Of a DNA stretch of 64,000 nucleotides, positions 7,255 to 16,128 are shown piece by piece. The stretch is taken from contig WAHY01000009.1 in the NCBI GenBank assembly GCA_009873635.1, positions 44,181 to 108,180 on the forward strand. Reading direction: 5' to 3'. The position numbers and the translations under genes are program-made. The notes beneath the pieces are model-generated. The model was not told the DNA's origin and made no database searches. It saw only the letters and a program-made list of their open reading frames with translations. How positions within the stretch are numbered: position 1 is the stretch's first letter; each line of letters starts with the position of its first letter. Source of the stretch: Nitrospinota bacterium. Lineage in GTDB: Bacteria; Nitrospinota; Nitrospinia; Nitrospinales; VA-1.

Positions 7255-8709
7255 CTATTGAAAACCAACCATGGGCCAATAGAACATGAGGAGAAGCAGG
7301 TAAAAAGCCAGCCCAAGCAAGCTAAGGATACTCCCCGACCAGATCATCTCTTTCAAAGTCAGAAACTTTGATGAATAAGCCAGTGCTGAGGCTGGCGTGG
7401 CGATCGGTAATATGAAAGCGAAGTTACTGGGCAGAATCACTGTCATGGTGGCAACTGCCGGGTTGATTCCATAAGCCGAGCTCATGCTGATAGCCGTAGG
7501 CAGAAGGATTGCAATGACAGCCGAATTGCTCATGAAAGTTGTGAACAAAGTCGATAACACCGCGATGACCAGCAGGAATACGGTTCCAGATTCGACCAGT
7601 CCTGAAAAAAGCTGTTTAGCCAACCATAGCGCCGCTCCCGTTTCGGACATGACTTCACCCAGGCAGATGGCCCCGCCATACATCAGGACAATTGCCCAGT
7701 TAATATGTGCCTCTACCATTTTCCAGGTGATGAGGTTCAGGACAAAAAGTAAGACAATAGAGATGATAGCAATATTTGCTATACCCAGTTGGTCTCCATA
7801 TACGAACCAGCAAAAAAGTGTGGTTCCCATTACCAGGGCGATGCCTTTTTCCTGAAAGGTCAGCTTGCCCATGACAACCGCTTTCTGTTTAAGAGCTTTT
7901 CGGGCAGGCTCTATGTTTTGAATGTCAGTTGGGAACAAAACTTTGAGGGCTATCCATCCGCCGGCAAAAAGTAGTAATACCAATGGAAAACTCAAATGAG
8001 TGTATTCCAGAATGCCGATAGTTTGTTGCTCTGCATTGGCTTTTTCCAACATCTCCACGGCGAGAGGCACCCGTCCACCACCGAGAACGGTCATGGAACC
8101 TCCAATGATGCATCCCCACGCCATAGCGAAATACATGGATTTGCCGAAGACTGAGTTATCCCGTTTCAAATTCAGGGATTGGGCAATTTCATGAATGATG
8201 GGAAACAGGATGACAGCAACTGCGTGCTCAGACATGAAGCAGGAACTGATAGCTGCAAAACAATATGTCGAAGTGATTAATCGATCAGGTGTTTCGCTCC
8301 AATGCTCCATGACCCAAATAGAAATGCGGGTGCTGAGTCCACAGGCGATCATCGACGCGGACAGGATGAATACGCCGAGTATAAAAAAGACAGCCTTATT
8401 CCCAAAATAACCGTAGGCCTGAGTGGCCTCCATCACTCCCAGCAATGGAACCGCGGCTATGGCCAATAGACTGGTGATTGACAGTGGTATGAGGTTGGTT
8501 GACCAAAGACTGACACAGAGAAAAAATAGGCAGAGAACTTTATACCCTTCTGGAGAAAGGTCGCTGGGGCCTTCCAGGCCCAATAACAAAACAAAGACCC
8601 CGAAAAACATGGCCAAAAATATATACCGGCGCAAACGGTCAAAAAGCACAATCCATAATGGACGCCTGTCGACAAAGATCTGCGGGTTCTGTGAATTCGA
8701 ATCGGTCAT
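7255..8709 (-). CDS. SLC13/DASS family anion:Na+ symporter
   Basis: Multi-TM; FMSEHAVA and FMSNSAVIAI hairpin motifs, ILPIATPASALAY. Confidence 0.88.
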   Translation of the reverse strand: MTDSNSQNPQIFVDRRPLWIVLFDRLRRYIFLAMFFGVFVLLLGLEGPSDLSPEGYKVLCLFFLCVSLWSTNLIPLSITSLLAIAAVPLLGVMEATQAYGYFGNKAVFFILGVFILSASMIACGLSTRISIWVMEHWSETPDRLITSTYCFAAISSCFMSEHAVAVILFPIIHEIAQSLNLKRDNSVFGKSMYFAMAWGCIIGGSMTVLGGGRVPLAVEMLEKANAEQQTIGILEYTHLSFPLVLLLFAGGWIALKVLFPTDIQNIEPARKALKQKAVVMGKLTFQEKGIALVMGTTLFCWFVYGDQLGIANIAIISIVLLFVLNLITWKMVEAHINWAIVLMYGGAICLGEVMSETGAALWLAKQLFSGLVESGTVFLLVIAVLSTLFTTFMSNSAVIAILLPTAISMSSAYGINPAVATMTVILPSNFAFILPIATPASALAYSSKFLTLKEMIWSGSILSLLGLAFYLLLLMFYWPMVGFQ

Positions 8710-8831
8710 GACTTCCTGAAGGAGAATGTTTCTTGTAACAAGTGTGACTTGGGGATGATAACCTGTTGATAGATAAAGAGCTATAACAAATTTCCCTGAA
8801 GGCAGGAATATTTTGATCTTTTGGCTTAGGG

Positions 8832-9890
8832 TTACTTAACCAATACGGGGTTTTGCAGGTTTGAAGGTTTGACGGTCGCAAGGTTAACATCGGAAGGGAC
8901 CTGGTCAATCGTCCATAAATCGCAGGAGCCACAGGTATCACGGTAGTTTTCACGAAAATGGTTGAACTTTTCACTCTTCCATATATTATCCAAACCGTCA
9001 TTGAGCAGGTTTCCCATTTTTTCGTTGGGGAGCAGGCAGCAGGGGGTAACATTGCCTTCACGGGTGACGTAGGCGTAGTTGAAGGTTTTCAGGCAATACT
9101 TTCCAGACCGGTGTAGTTTTTTTCTCAACAGGCGATAGAAGAACCGCGTTAAACCATGGGAAATTGAATATTGCAACCAGTCGAGCTGAATTCCGTAAGT
9201 GCGTGCTATGTCATCGGCTTTCAGAAAGATAAAGCGCTCCTCCCTGGAGTCGGGCCGCTTGAGGTTGGGTCGGAACTGTCTGTCCAGTCGACCAACATTC
9301 ACAGTATCACATCCGATTCCGGCACCGTAACGGATAACATCGTATAAATCATTTTCGCAATCCATATGAAGAGTGGCTTGAAGTCTCACCCCCAGTTTTG
9401 CAGGGTCTCTCCTTCTCGTTACCGCTTCTATATTTTCATAAACCTTGGTGCTGGTGTGCCCCTCGACTACGGTTTCATTACCGTTAACGCTGTCGATCGA
9501 AAAAGTGATTGAGTCGAGACCGGAATCCAGGATGTCATTGACCATTGATGGTTTTGTGAAAAGTCCGTTGGAGGTGATCATTACCCTGTGGCCACGTTCC
9601 CTGCAATAAGAGATCATGTCAAAAACCTGTGGGTGAATAAAGGGTTCTCCCCATCCCGTCAGGGTAATGTCTTCGCGGTGGTTTAATTTATCCACTACAG
9701 TTGTAAAATCGGTCCAACTCATATGCTCCAGCTCAATTCCCAAATCTTCCCTCTGGCACATTGGGCAATCCATATTGCATCGGTTGGTGATCTCAATTTG
9801 GACCTGCCTGGGTCGTATAGGGATTTTATAGCGAATCCGGTCTAGAGTTTCTTTGATGAGTGCAATCATTTTATTTGCTGAGTTTTCCAA
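8832..9890 (-). CDS. radical SAM protein with SPASM/twitch domain
   Basis: CNMDCPMC triad, TGWGEP, C-terminal YC...VTPCC...CGSC. Confidence 0.9.
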   Translation of the reverse strand: MENSANKMIALIKETLDRIRYKIPIRPRQVQIEITNRCNMDCPMCQREDLGIELEHMSWTDFTTVVDKLNHREDITLTGWGEPFIHPQVFDMISYCRERGHRVMITSNGLFTKPSMVNDILDSGLDSITFSIDSVNGNETVVEGHTSTKVYENIEAVTRRRDPAKLGVRLQATLHMDCENDLYDVIRYGAGIGCDTVNVGRLDRQFRPNLKRPDSREERFIFLKADDIARTYGIQLDWLQYSISHGLTRFFYRLLRKKLHRSGKYCLKTFNYAYVTREGNVTPCCLLPNEKMGNLLNDGLDNIWKSEKFNHFRENYRDTCGSCDLWTIDQVPSDVNLATVKPSNLQNPVLVK

Positions 9891-10070
9891 GACTTTAATG
9901 GCTTATTAAGGCCTGAATAAATGTATTTTACGCAAAAAAAGCGGGTAAATAAAAAATTTATATGGTTTGGCTGTTTTCAATGGTATCTTAGCTATTCACA
10001 ACCTTTTCGGCAGTTTAAAAGTAAAACTAAAGCAATGGTTATAATCCGCTTTGATGAGGAACTTTTTTAA

Positions 10071-11372
10071 ATGGGAATGACAATTACAGAAAAGATTTTA
10101 GCCGCGCATGCGGGCAAAGATTCAGTTCGCCCCGGAGATAATATCTGGGTGGATGTGGATGTGTTGATGACCCATGACGTTTGTGGACCGGGGACATTTG
10201 CCATCTTTAAAAAGCAGTTTGGCGAGAATGCTAAGGTTTGGGACAAGGACAAGGTGGTGATCATTCCCGATCACTTTATCTTTACCAAGGATACCCATGC
10301 CAACAGGAATATAGACATCCTAAGGCAGTTTGTGAAGGAACAATCTCTGCCACATTATTTTGATGTAGGGACGGATAGGTATAAAGGGGTTTGTCATCTT
10401 GCTCTGGCCCAGGAAGGTTTCAACCGTCCGGGCGATGTTTTGTTTGGCACAGACTCCCACACCAGCACTTCAGGTGCTTTCGGCATGTTTTCCACGGGTA
10501 TTGGTAACACCGATGCAGCATTTATTTTGGGTACCGGCAAGCTCTGGGTCAAAGTACCAGAGTCTATGTGTTTTGAGTTCACCGGTACCTTTCCGGAGCA
10601 TATTATGGCAAAGGATGTGATTCTGAATGTCATCGGTGATATTGGTGTGGATGGCGCGACTTACCGGGCGATGGAATGGCGTGGTGATGCGGTCATGAAA
10701 CTTTCTATGGAAGAACGCATGACGCTCTGCAATATGGCCATTGAAGCGGGAGGTAAGAATGGCATCATTGAAGCCGATGACGTGACCCTCGACTACGTTA
10801 GGCAGAGAACCGATGCGCCTTACAAAATTTATCAATCAGACGAAGATGCAGAATACTTTTTCAAAAAAACCTACAATGCCAGTGAGATGGAACCCATTGT
10901 GGCTCAACCGCACTCACCCGATAATAAAGCCAGGGTGAGCGAATGTGAAGATGTGAAACTTGACCGTGCTTACATTGGATCTTGCACAGGTGGCAAGCTC
11001 ACTGATTTCATGGCAGCGGCAAGGTTGCTGAAAGGTAAGAAAGTAAAGATTGATACGTTTATAGTCCCCGCGACCCGTGAAGTAGAGCAAGACTTGCATA
11101 AGGAAAAAATTGAGGGTGAAACTTTGGTGGACATTTTTAAAAGCTCAGGAGCTTATCTGGGTGATCCTTCATGCGCGGCATGCCTGGGTGGACCGCAAGA
11201 TACCTTTGGTAGAGCTAAAGACAATCAAGTGGTGATCTCAACCACGAACAGGAACTTTCCGGGGCGTATGGGATCCAAGCAGTCACATGTTTATCTGGCT
11301 TCGCCCTACACGGCTGCAGCTTCTGCCCTGACCGGGCACATTACGAATCCAGCTGAATTTATCTATAATTGA
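10071..11372 (+). CDS. leuC: 3-isopropylmalate dehydratase / homoaconitase-family large subunit
   Basis: TEKIL, DHF, GVCH, TDSHT, IGSCTGG, SCAACLG, STTNRNFPGRMG, LASPYTAAASAL. Confidence 0.92.
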   Translation: MGMTITEKILAAHAGKDSVRPGDNIWVDVDVLMTHDVCGPGTFAIFKKQFGENAKVWDKDKVVIIPDHFIFTKDTHANRNIDILRQFVKEQSLPHYFDVGTDRYKGVCHLALAQEGFNRPGDVLFGTDSHTSTSGAFGMFSTGIGNTDAAFILGTGKLWVKVPESMCFEFTGTFPEHIMAKDVILNVIGDIGVDGATYRAMEWRGDAVMKLSMEERMTLCNMAIEAGGKNGIIEADDVTLDYVRQRTDAPYKIYQSDEDAEYFFKKTYNASEMEPIVAQPHSPDNKARVSECEDVKLDRAYIGSCTGGKLTDFMAAARLLKGKKVKIDTFIVPATREVEQDLHKEKIEGETLVDIFKSSGAYLGDPSCAACLGGPQDTFGRAKDNQVVISTTNRNFPGRMGSKQSHVYLASPYTAAASALTGHITNPAEFIYN

Positions 11373-11387
11373 AACCATAACAAAAAA

Positions 11388-11954
11388 ATGAATAAAGTGA
11401 TTGAAGGCGTGGCGTATGTTCTGGGCAATGATATTGATACGGATCAGATCATTCCTGCCGAACATTTGGTGTACAGTTTGAGTGACCCTGAAGAGCGTAA
11501 GAATTATGGAAAGTTTGCCTTGTCAGGTGTGCCTGCTGAGCAGGCAGGTTTGCCGGAAGGGAAGGTCCCTTTCACTGAAGATGGCAATAGCCAGTCGAAA
11601 TATTCCATCATTATTGGAGGTAAAAACTTTGGATGCGGGTCTTCTCGTGAACATGCCCCAGCCTGCATGGAGATTGCGGGAGTTCGTGCTGTTGTTGCTG
11701 AGTCCTATGCGCGTATTTTTTACCGGAATTCAGTGGATGGTGGCTTCTTCATACCTTTTGAATGTGTTAAACGCCTGGTTGAAGAAATTAAAACCGGTGA
11801 TGAATTGATTATTGATTTGAATGCGAACACCCTTGCCAATCGTTCTAGCAATAAAACATATGAATTGAAATCCCTCGGTGAGGTGATTGAGATTATAGAG
11901 GCGGGAAATATATTTGAGTATGCACGGAAATCAGGAATGATCCCATCCAAGTGA
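11388..11954 (+). CDS. leuD: 3-isopropylmalate dehydratase small subunit
   Basis: DIDTDQIIPA, GKNFGCGSSREHA, ESYARIFYRN. Confidence 0.92.
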   Translation: MNKVIEGVAYVLGNDIDTDQIIPAEHLVYSLSDPEERKNYGKFALSGVPAEQAGLPEGKVPFTEDGNSQSKYSIIIGGKNFGCGSSREHAPACMEIAGVRAVVAESYARIFYRNSVDGGFFIPFECVKRLVEEIKTGDELIIDLNANTLANRSSNKTYELKSLGEVIEIIEAGNIFEYARKSGMIPSK

Positions 11955-11986
11955 TTGCAGTATGGATTTCTTAAATAGATCGTTTC

Positions 11987-12796
11987 TTGATGTGGTGGGT
12001 GAAAATGATTTTTAATGCAGTTCTTAAAGTAAAGTTTTGGCTGTTTTTGTTTGCGCTGTGGGGAGTTGTTGTTTTAAACGGGGAAGCAGGGGAAACGGTC
12101 CTGGTTCCTGAAGGACCCTTCATAATGGGAAGCACTGATGAAGATATTCTCTGGGCGGCCAAGCAGTTCCATTCAGAATCTCTTGACTGGTATCGAGATG
12201 AAACTCCGGCACATACTGTGACCTTGCCTGCATTTCGGATAGATAAGTATGAGGTCACTGTTTCAGAGTATAGATCTTATATGGAAGCGACTGGAAAGCC
12301 GGCTCCGCGCGAGCTTGAAAATTCACGTTTGAATCAACCCCGTCAACCCATAGTGAGCGTTTCCTGGCAGGATGCAAAGGACTATTGCCTTTGGGCTGAT
12401 AAACGCCTGCCAACTGAAATGGAATGGGAAAAGGCGGCTCGAGGTGCGGATAAGCGGAATTATCCCTGGGGAAACGAGCCAGACCGTCTTAATGCAAATA
12501 TACGTGGTAATGGAGATGATTACCGAAATACAAGTCCGGTTGGAAAATTTCCAGAAGGAGCCAGCCCATATGGGGTGATGGATATGTCTGGAAATGTATG
12601 GGAATGGACTGAGAATTGGTATCAACCGCATCCTGGAAACGAATACCCCAATGATTTATACGGGCAAAGATTTAAAGTAATCAAGGGCGGATCGTGGGAC
12701 TCCAATCTGGATTTGGCTCGCCCCGCGATTCGCGGGAAAGCAACGCCGGATCAGAAAAAAAACTATATTGGGTTTCGCTGCGTAGCTTCAAATTAA
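11987..12796 (+). CDS. exported FGE-sulfatase (SUMF1-like) domain protein
   Basis: Signal peptide, F.MGS, EVTVSEY, RLPTEMEWEKAARG, YPWG, DMSGNVWEW, KGGSW, IGFRC. Lacks the FGE catalytic Cys pair. Confidence 0.9.
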   Translation: MMWWVKMIFNAVLKVKFWLFLFALWGVVVLNGEAGETVLVPEGPFIMGSTDEDILWAAKQFHSESLDWYRDETPAHTVTLPAFRIDKYEVTVSEYRSYMEATGKPAPRELENSRLNQPRQPIVSVSWQDAKDYCLWADKRLPTEMEWEKAARGADKRNYPWGNEPDRLNANIRGNGDDYRNTSPVGKFPEGASPYGVMDMSGNVWEWTENWYQPHPGNEYPNDLYGQRFKVIKGGSWDSNLDLARPAIRGKATPDQKKNYIGFRCVASN

Positions 12797-12812
12797 ATAG
12801 GAGAATTTTATC

Positions 12813-13637
12813 GTGCTGATTTCTAGAAAAGTGATACAGGGGGTTTTAGTGATAGGTTGGTTGGTTTGGTCTTTACCTGCAATAGGAGCCGGAGAACATT
12901 CCCCTCATAAAGGCCAGCACGGCGGGCATGCTGGAGCGGCAAAAGGGGGGCATGGTGGTGGAGGAAAACATGGGCATGGTTATGGTCGCCCTATGGGACC
13001 GCCTGCGGATATTCCAGCTCACATCAGGAAAAGGTTGGATCCCGATGGCACAAAAATAAATTTGAACCGATCCCTGATTGGTGTGAAAGGAATGCGTATA
13101 CTTGCTGATATGCCAGAATTGAAAAATGTGAAGTCCCTGGCTTTGCAGGGAAACAAGCTTGGGGATGAAGGAGTTCAAATTCTTACAGAGTCGTCAACTT
13201 TCAAAAATACAGAAAAACTTTCTCTGTGGGAAAACAAGGTTTCTACCTTGGGGGCAAAGATGATTGCAGAGTCTCCAAACATGAGAAACTTAAAAGAACT
13301 TAAGCTGACACGCAACCAGATAGGGGATCAAGGGGTGGAGGCTTTGGCTGCATCGGAAAACTCTTCTGCATTGACTTTTTTAGATTTGAGCGCAAACCAG
13401 ATCAGCGACCGGGGTGCAAAGGCGATAGCCAACTCTCCCCGGCTTGCCAACCTTAAAACCCTTGATCTTTATAATAACCAGATTACTACTGAGGGAATGG
13501 AGGCTTTGTTGCAGTCGAAAAACCTGAAGAGTCTGGAGATGCTCATACTGGTTCGCAATGAGATTGATTTTGATAAAGCGGATGCTCTTGCCAAAAACCA
13601 AAGTTTGCCCAACTTGAGAAGACTGGAGTTGCAGTAA
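12813..13637 (+). CDS. exported leucine-rich repeat protein with His/Gly-rich N-terminus
   Basis: Signal peptide, HSPHKGQHGGHAGAAKGGHGGGGKHGHG, then about 6 LxxLxLxxNxIxxxG repeats of 28 aa (RI-like). Confidence 0.88.
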   Translation: MLISRKVIQGVLVIGWLVWSLPAIGAGEHSPHKGQHGGHAGAAKGGHGGGGKHGHGYGRPMGPPADIPAHIRKRLDPDGTKINLNRSLIGVKGMRILADMPELKNVKSLALQGNKLGDEGVQILTESSTFKNTEKLSLWENKVSTLGAKMIAESPNMRNLKELKLTRNQIGDQGVEALAASENSSALTFLDLSANQISDRGAKAIANSPRLANLKTLDLYNNQITTEGMEALLQSKNLKSLEMLILVRNEIDFDKADALAKNQSLPNLRRLELQ

Positions 13638-13660
13638 AGATTACTTTAAAAGGCGGCCCG

Positions 13661-13846
13661 TCAACGGTAGCGACGTTCGTTGTAAAGGTCCAGTTTTTCC
13701 TGTACATGTCTTGCGCCCCGCATCAGGGCATCCAGTATTTCCTTCAATGATTCAATTTCCTCTTCTTTGGATGTCGCATTCTCCAGGTTTTTAGTTTCGA
13801 TTTTCACTTCCTCAAAGATGGTGTCTATTTTTTTCAACAATTCCAT
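13661..13846 (-). CDS. small helical/coiled-coil hypothetical protein (61 aa)
   Basis: ATG start, amphipathic heptad pattern, fills an intergenic gap convergent with the LRR gene. Confidence 0.65.
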   Translation of the reverse strand: MELLKKIDTIFEEVKIETKNLENATSKEEEIESLKEILDALMRGARHVQEKLDLYNERRYR

Positions 13847-14046
13847 AATCTTTAACCAATTTGGTGTTTTTGTTTGTTGTGAAATTTAGTTCGTCTGTTT
13901 TATAGGTGCAAACTTGAATAGGGCCAGGCCTTCAGCAAAAGATGACTTAAACAAGCTTTTTCCTTTAAAGAATTAAAGTTGGTTTGTTTTTAGATTCAAA
14001 ACCGATCGGAAAGTTTTAGGAATACTTTTCTGGCAACAGATCTTTT

Positions 14047-14643
14047 TTATAACGAGGATGAGGATGCCTGGGGTTCCAGAATGTAGCGGACTTCTTTTAG
14101 AAAGTCGTTTTGTTCGAGAGATTTCTTTTCAATCAGTTTTTCCACACCTCCGTTCAGGCGCAGTCGATCTGCATGGGTGAGATTTTTTGAGGTGATGACC
14201 ACAATAGGAATAGACCGCCATTTCGGTTTTTTTCGCAATTCTTCGAGAAACTCAAATCCATCCATAACAGGCATCATAAGATCTAAGAAGATAACACTTG
14301 GAGGCTTTTTCTGCACTTCATCCAGGGCAATTCTCCCATTTCCTGCTTCAGCAACGTTCAGGCCATAGTCTTCCAGCATTTTGGACAACATTTTTCGGGT
14401 GCCTGTGTCATCTTCCACTACAAGTGCCGAGCCGCTATCCCATTTGTACCTTTTCATCAGTATGTGAATTCGGGTCCGGTCAATAGGTTTTGTGAGATAT
14501 TCTGAGGCGCCGAGGGAATAACCCTTGTTTTCATCATCTACCATAGAGATGACAAACACGGGTATATTCGCCAATTCAGGATCGGCTTTTAACTCTGTCA
14601 AAACGGTCCATCCATCCGTCCCCGGCATTAAAATATCCAGGGT
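14047..14643 (-). pseudogene. 5'-truncated REC-REC tail of a hybrid histidine kinase/response regulator
   Basis: Homology begins mid-receiver at TLDILMPGTDGW, with an in-frame TAA 6 codons upstream (14662-14664). The second receiver is complete (LVVEDD, FLDLMMP, ITSK). Confidence 0.7.
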
Positions 14644-14786
14644 AAAGAAGAAACTGCGTCTTTACTGTTTATCAGCAAATTAACAGTAAATACTCACATT
14701 AAAAATATGTATAAAAAACTAAAGGTAAACAGCCTCTCTAAATTTATAGGAAAAGTGAGGGAACATAATCAATAGCATTCTGGTGA

Positions 14787-14814
14787 AAAAAGTATTACTC
14801 AAAAGGGGTAATAC
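14787..14814 (-). terminator. putative terminator downstream of tRNA-Phe
   Basis: Minus strand GTATTAC-loop-GTAATAC followed by TTTTT. Confidence 0.5.
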
Positions 14815-14859
14815 ATTGAATAACAGGGTGGGGTGGGGATACCTGATTGCTTGTAAAAG

Positions 14860-14935
<76 letters not shown>

Positions 14936-14965
14936 AACACTATTTTATTTCAATCAAAAGAGCGA

Positions 14966-14995
14966 AAATTAGCACAATCCCCCTGACTCTGTCAA
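14966..14995 (-). promoter_or_regulatory. sigma-70 promoter of tRNA-Phe
   Basis: Minus strand TTGACA-N18-TAATTT about 30 nt upstream of the tRNA. Confidence 0.6.
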
Positions 14996-15036
14996 TTGGG
15001 ATTGGCCTATAAATTATTATTTTTTCAGAAGTTTTT

Positions 15037-15045
15037 TGCTATAAT
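15037..15045 (+). promoter_or_regulatory. extended -10 promoter for csrA-fliW
   Basis: TGCTATAAT (TGn + perfect -10) 60 nt upstream of csrA. Confidence 0.55.
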
Positions 15046-15105
15046 GTCGCCTGTAGCAGATTGTATCATCTTTCCTTATAGGTATTTTGGAACGGATTCC
15101 GCCCC

Positions 15106-15345
15106 ATGCTTGTTCTTACCCGAAAAATTGGCGAAAGCATCAAAATTAATGAAGATGTCAAAATAACCGTTATAGATGTAAAGGGCAAGAATATTCGCCT
15201 GGGTATTGAAGCCCCCCGTGAGACTAAAATTTATCGAGAAGAGGTTTTTTTGAGAATTAAAGAAGAAAACAAAACTGCAGCTACTTCGCAAAAATTTGAC
15301 CTTTCCAAGGTATCTCAATTAATGAAGGATAAAATTAAAAAATGA
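15106..15345 (+). CDS. csrA: carbon storage regulator CsrA
   Basis: MLVLTRKIGESIKIN, IRLGIEAPRETKIYREE, plus the C-terminal extension typical of FliW-regulated CsrA. Confidence 0.96.
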   Translation: MLVLTRKIGESIKINEDVKITVIDVKGKNIRLGIEAPRETKIYREEVFLRIKEENKTAATSQKFDLSKVSQLMKDKIKK

Positions 15346-15803
15346 AGCTAGAAACAACCCGCTTCGGCATTATTGATATTGAGGAAAAACAGATCATCGA
15401 ATTTCCAGATGGTTTATATGGATTTGAAAAGGAAAATCAATTTACCTTTCTCCCTTTTAACCCGAATGTGGAAAGTCCCATGGAGTGGATGCAGTCAATT
15501 CAGTCACCCCATCTGGCTTTTGTGATCACAGATCCTTATGTATACGTTCCGGACTACAAACTGAAGTTGCTGGAAGAGGATATGAATAGAGTGGGTCTGG
15601 GTATTGACGATTCTTTTCTCACACGCGCGATTGTAACGATTCCCGAAAACTATACGGAAATGACCGCGAACCTGGTTGCTCCGCTGGTGATAAATTCCAA
15701 AAAATGTATAGGAAAACAGTTTGTATTGACCAGCATGGAATATGATACCCGCCATTACCTCCTCCCGGAAGAAATGAGAACCACCACCGCTACCTCCCAC
15801 TAG
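15342..15803 (+). CDS. fliW: flagellar assembly factor FliW (CsrA antagonist)
   Basis: ETTRFG, IEFPDGLYGFE, WMQS, AFVITDP, MTANLVAPLVIN; ATGA overlap with csrA. Confidence 0.95.
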   Translation: MKLETTRFGIIDIEEKQIIEFPDGLYGFEKENQFTFLPFNPNVESPMEWMQSIQSPHLAFVITDPYVYVPDYKLKLLEEDMNRVGLGIDDSFLTRAIVTIPENYTEMTANLVAPLVINSKKCIGKQFVLTSMEYDTRHYLLPEEMRTTTATSH

Positions 15804-15855
15804 CCGACTCCGAGTGGCGGAGTAATCTCCGCTGGCAATTATCAAAATCTTTTTC

Positions 15856-16128
15856 AGCCGAGATATATTTTTTATCGCCAATTATAGCTATTGCACGTTG
15901 GCCCCACGCCCCTCTAGCGAGGGTAGCAATTAGTATTGACTCTTTAAGCCGAGAAAACCTGTTGCTGGCACAAATGAGTTATTGCGCATTGCCCCACGCC
16001 GAGTGCCCCTTGGCAGGGGAAGCAGATAGCAAGGGCTCGCAAAGACGGCTGAGATGTGGGAGTTTTTGATCCCCCTCACCTGACCTTTCTCTCCAGGGGA
16101 GAGGAATTTATTCGTTGGCCCCACGCCC
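15856..16128. repeat. three degenerate repeat units sharing GCCCCACGCC, plus a REP-like hairpin
   Basis: GCCCCACGCC at 15901, 15991 and 16118; AGCCGAGA at 15856 and 15947 (about 90-nt period); GC-rich hairpins after units 1 and 2; CTCTCC-agg-GGAGAG hairpin at 16089-16103. Confidence 0.7.

Noticed and set aside
15803-16108. CsrB-like sRNA next to csrA
   Set aside because: Too few GGA/ANGGA hairpin-loop motifs; the FliW-type CsrA present here is usually controlled by the protein.
15856-16128. CRISPR array
   Set aside because: Only three short, degenerate repeats with irregular long spacers that share sequence; no cas genes in the window.
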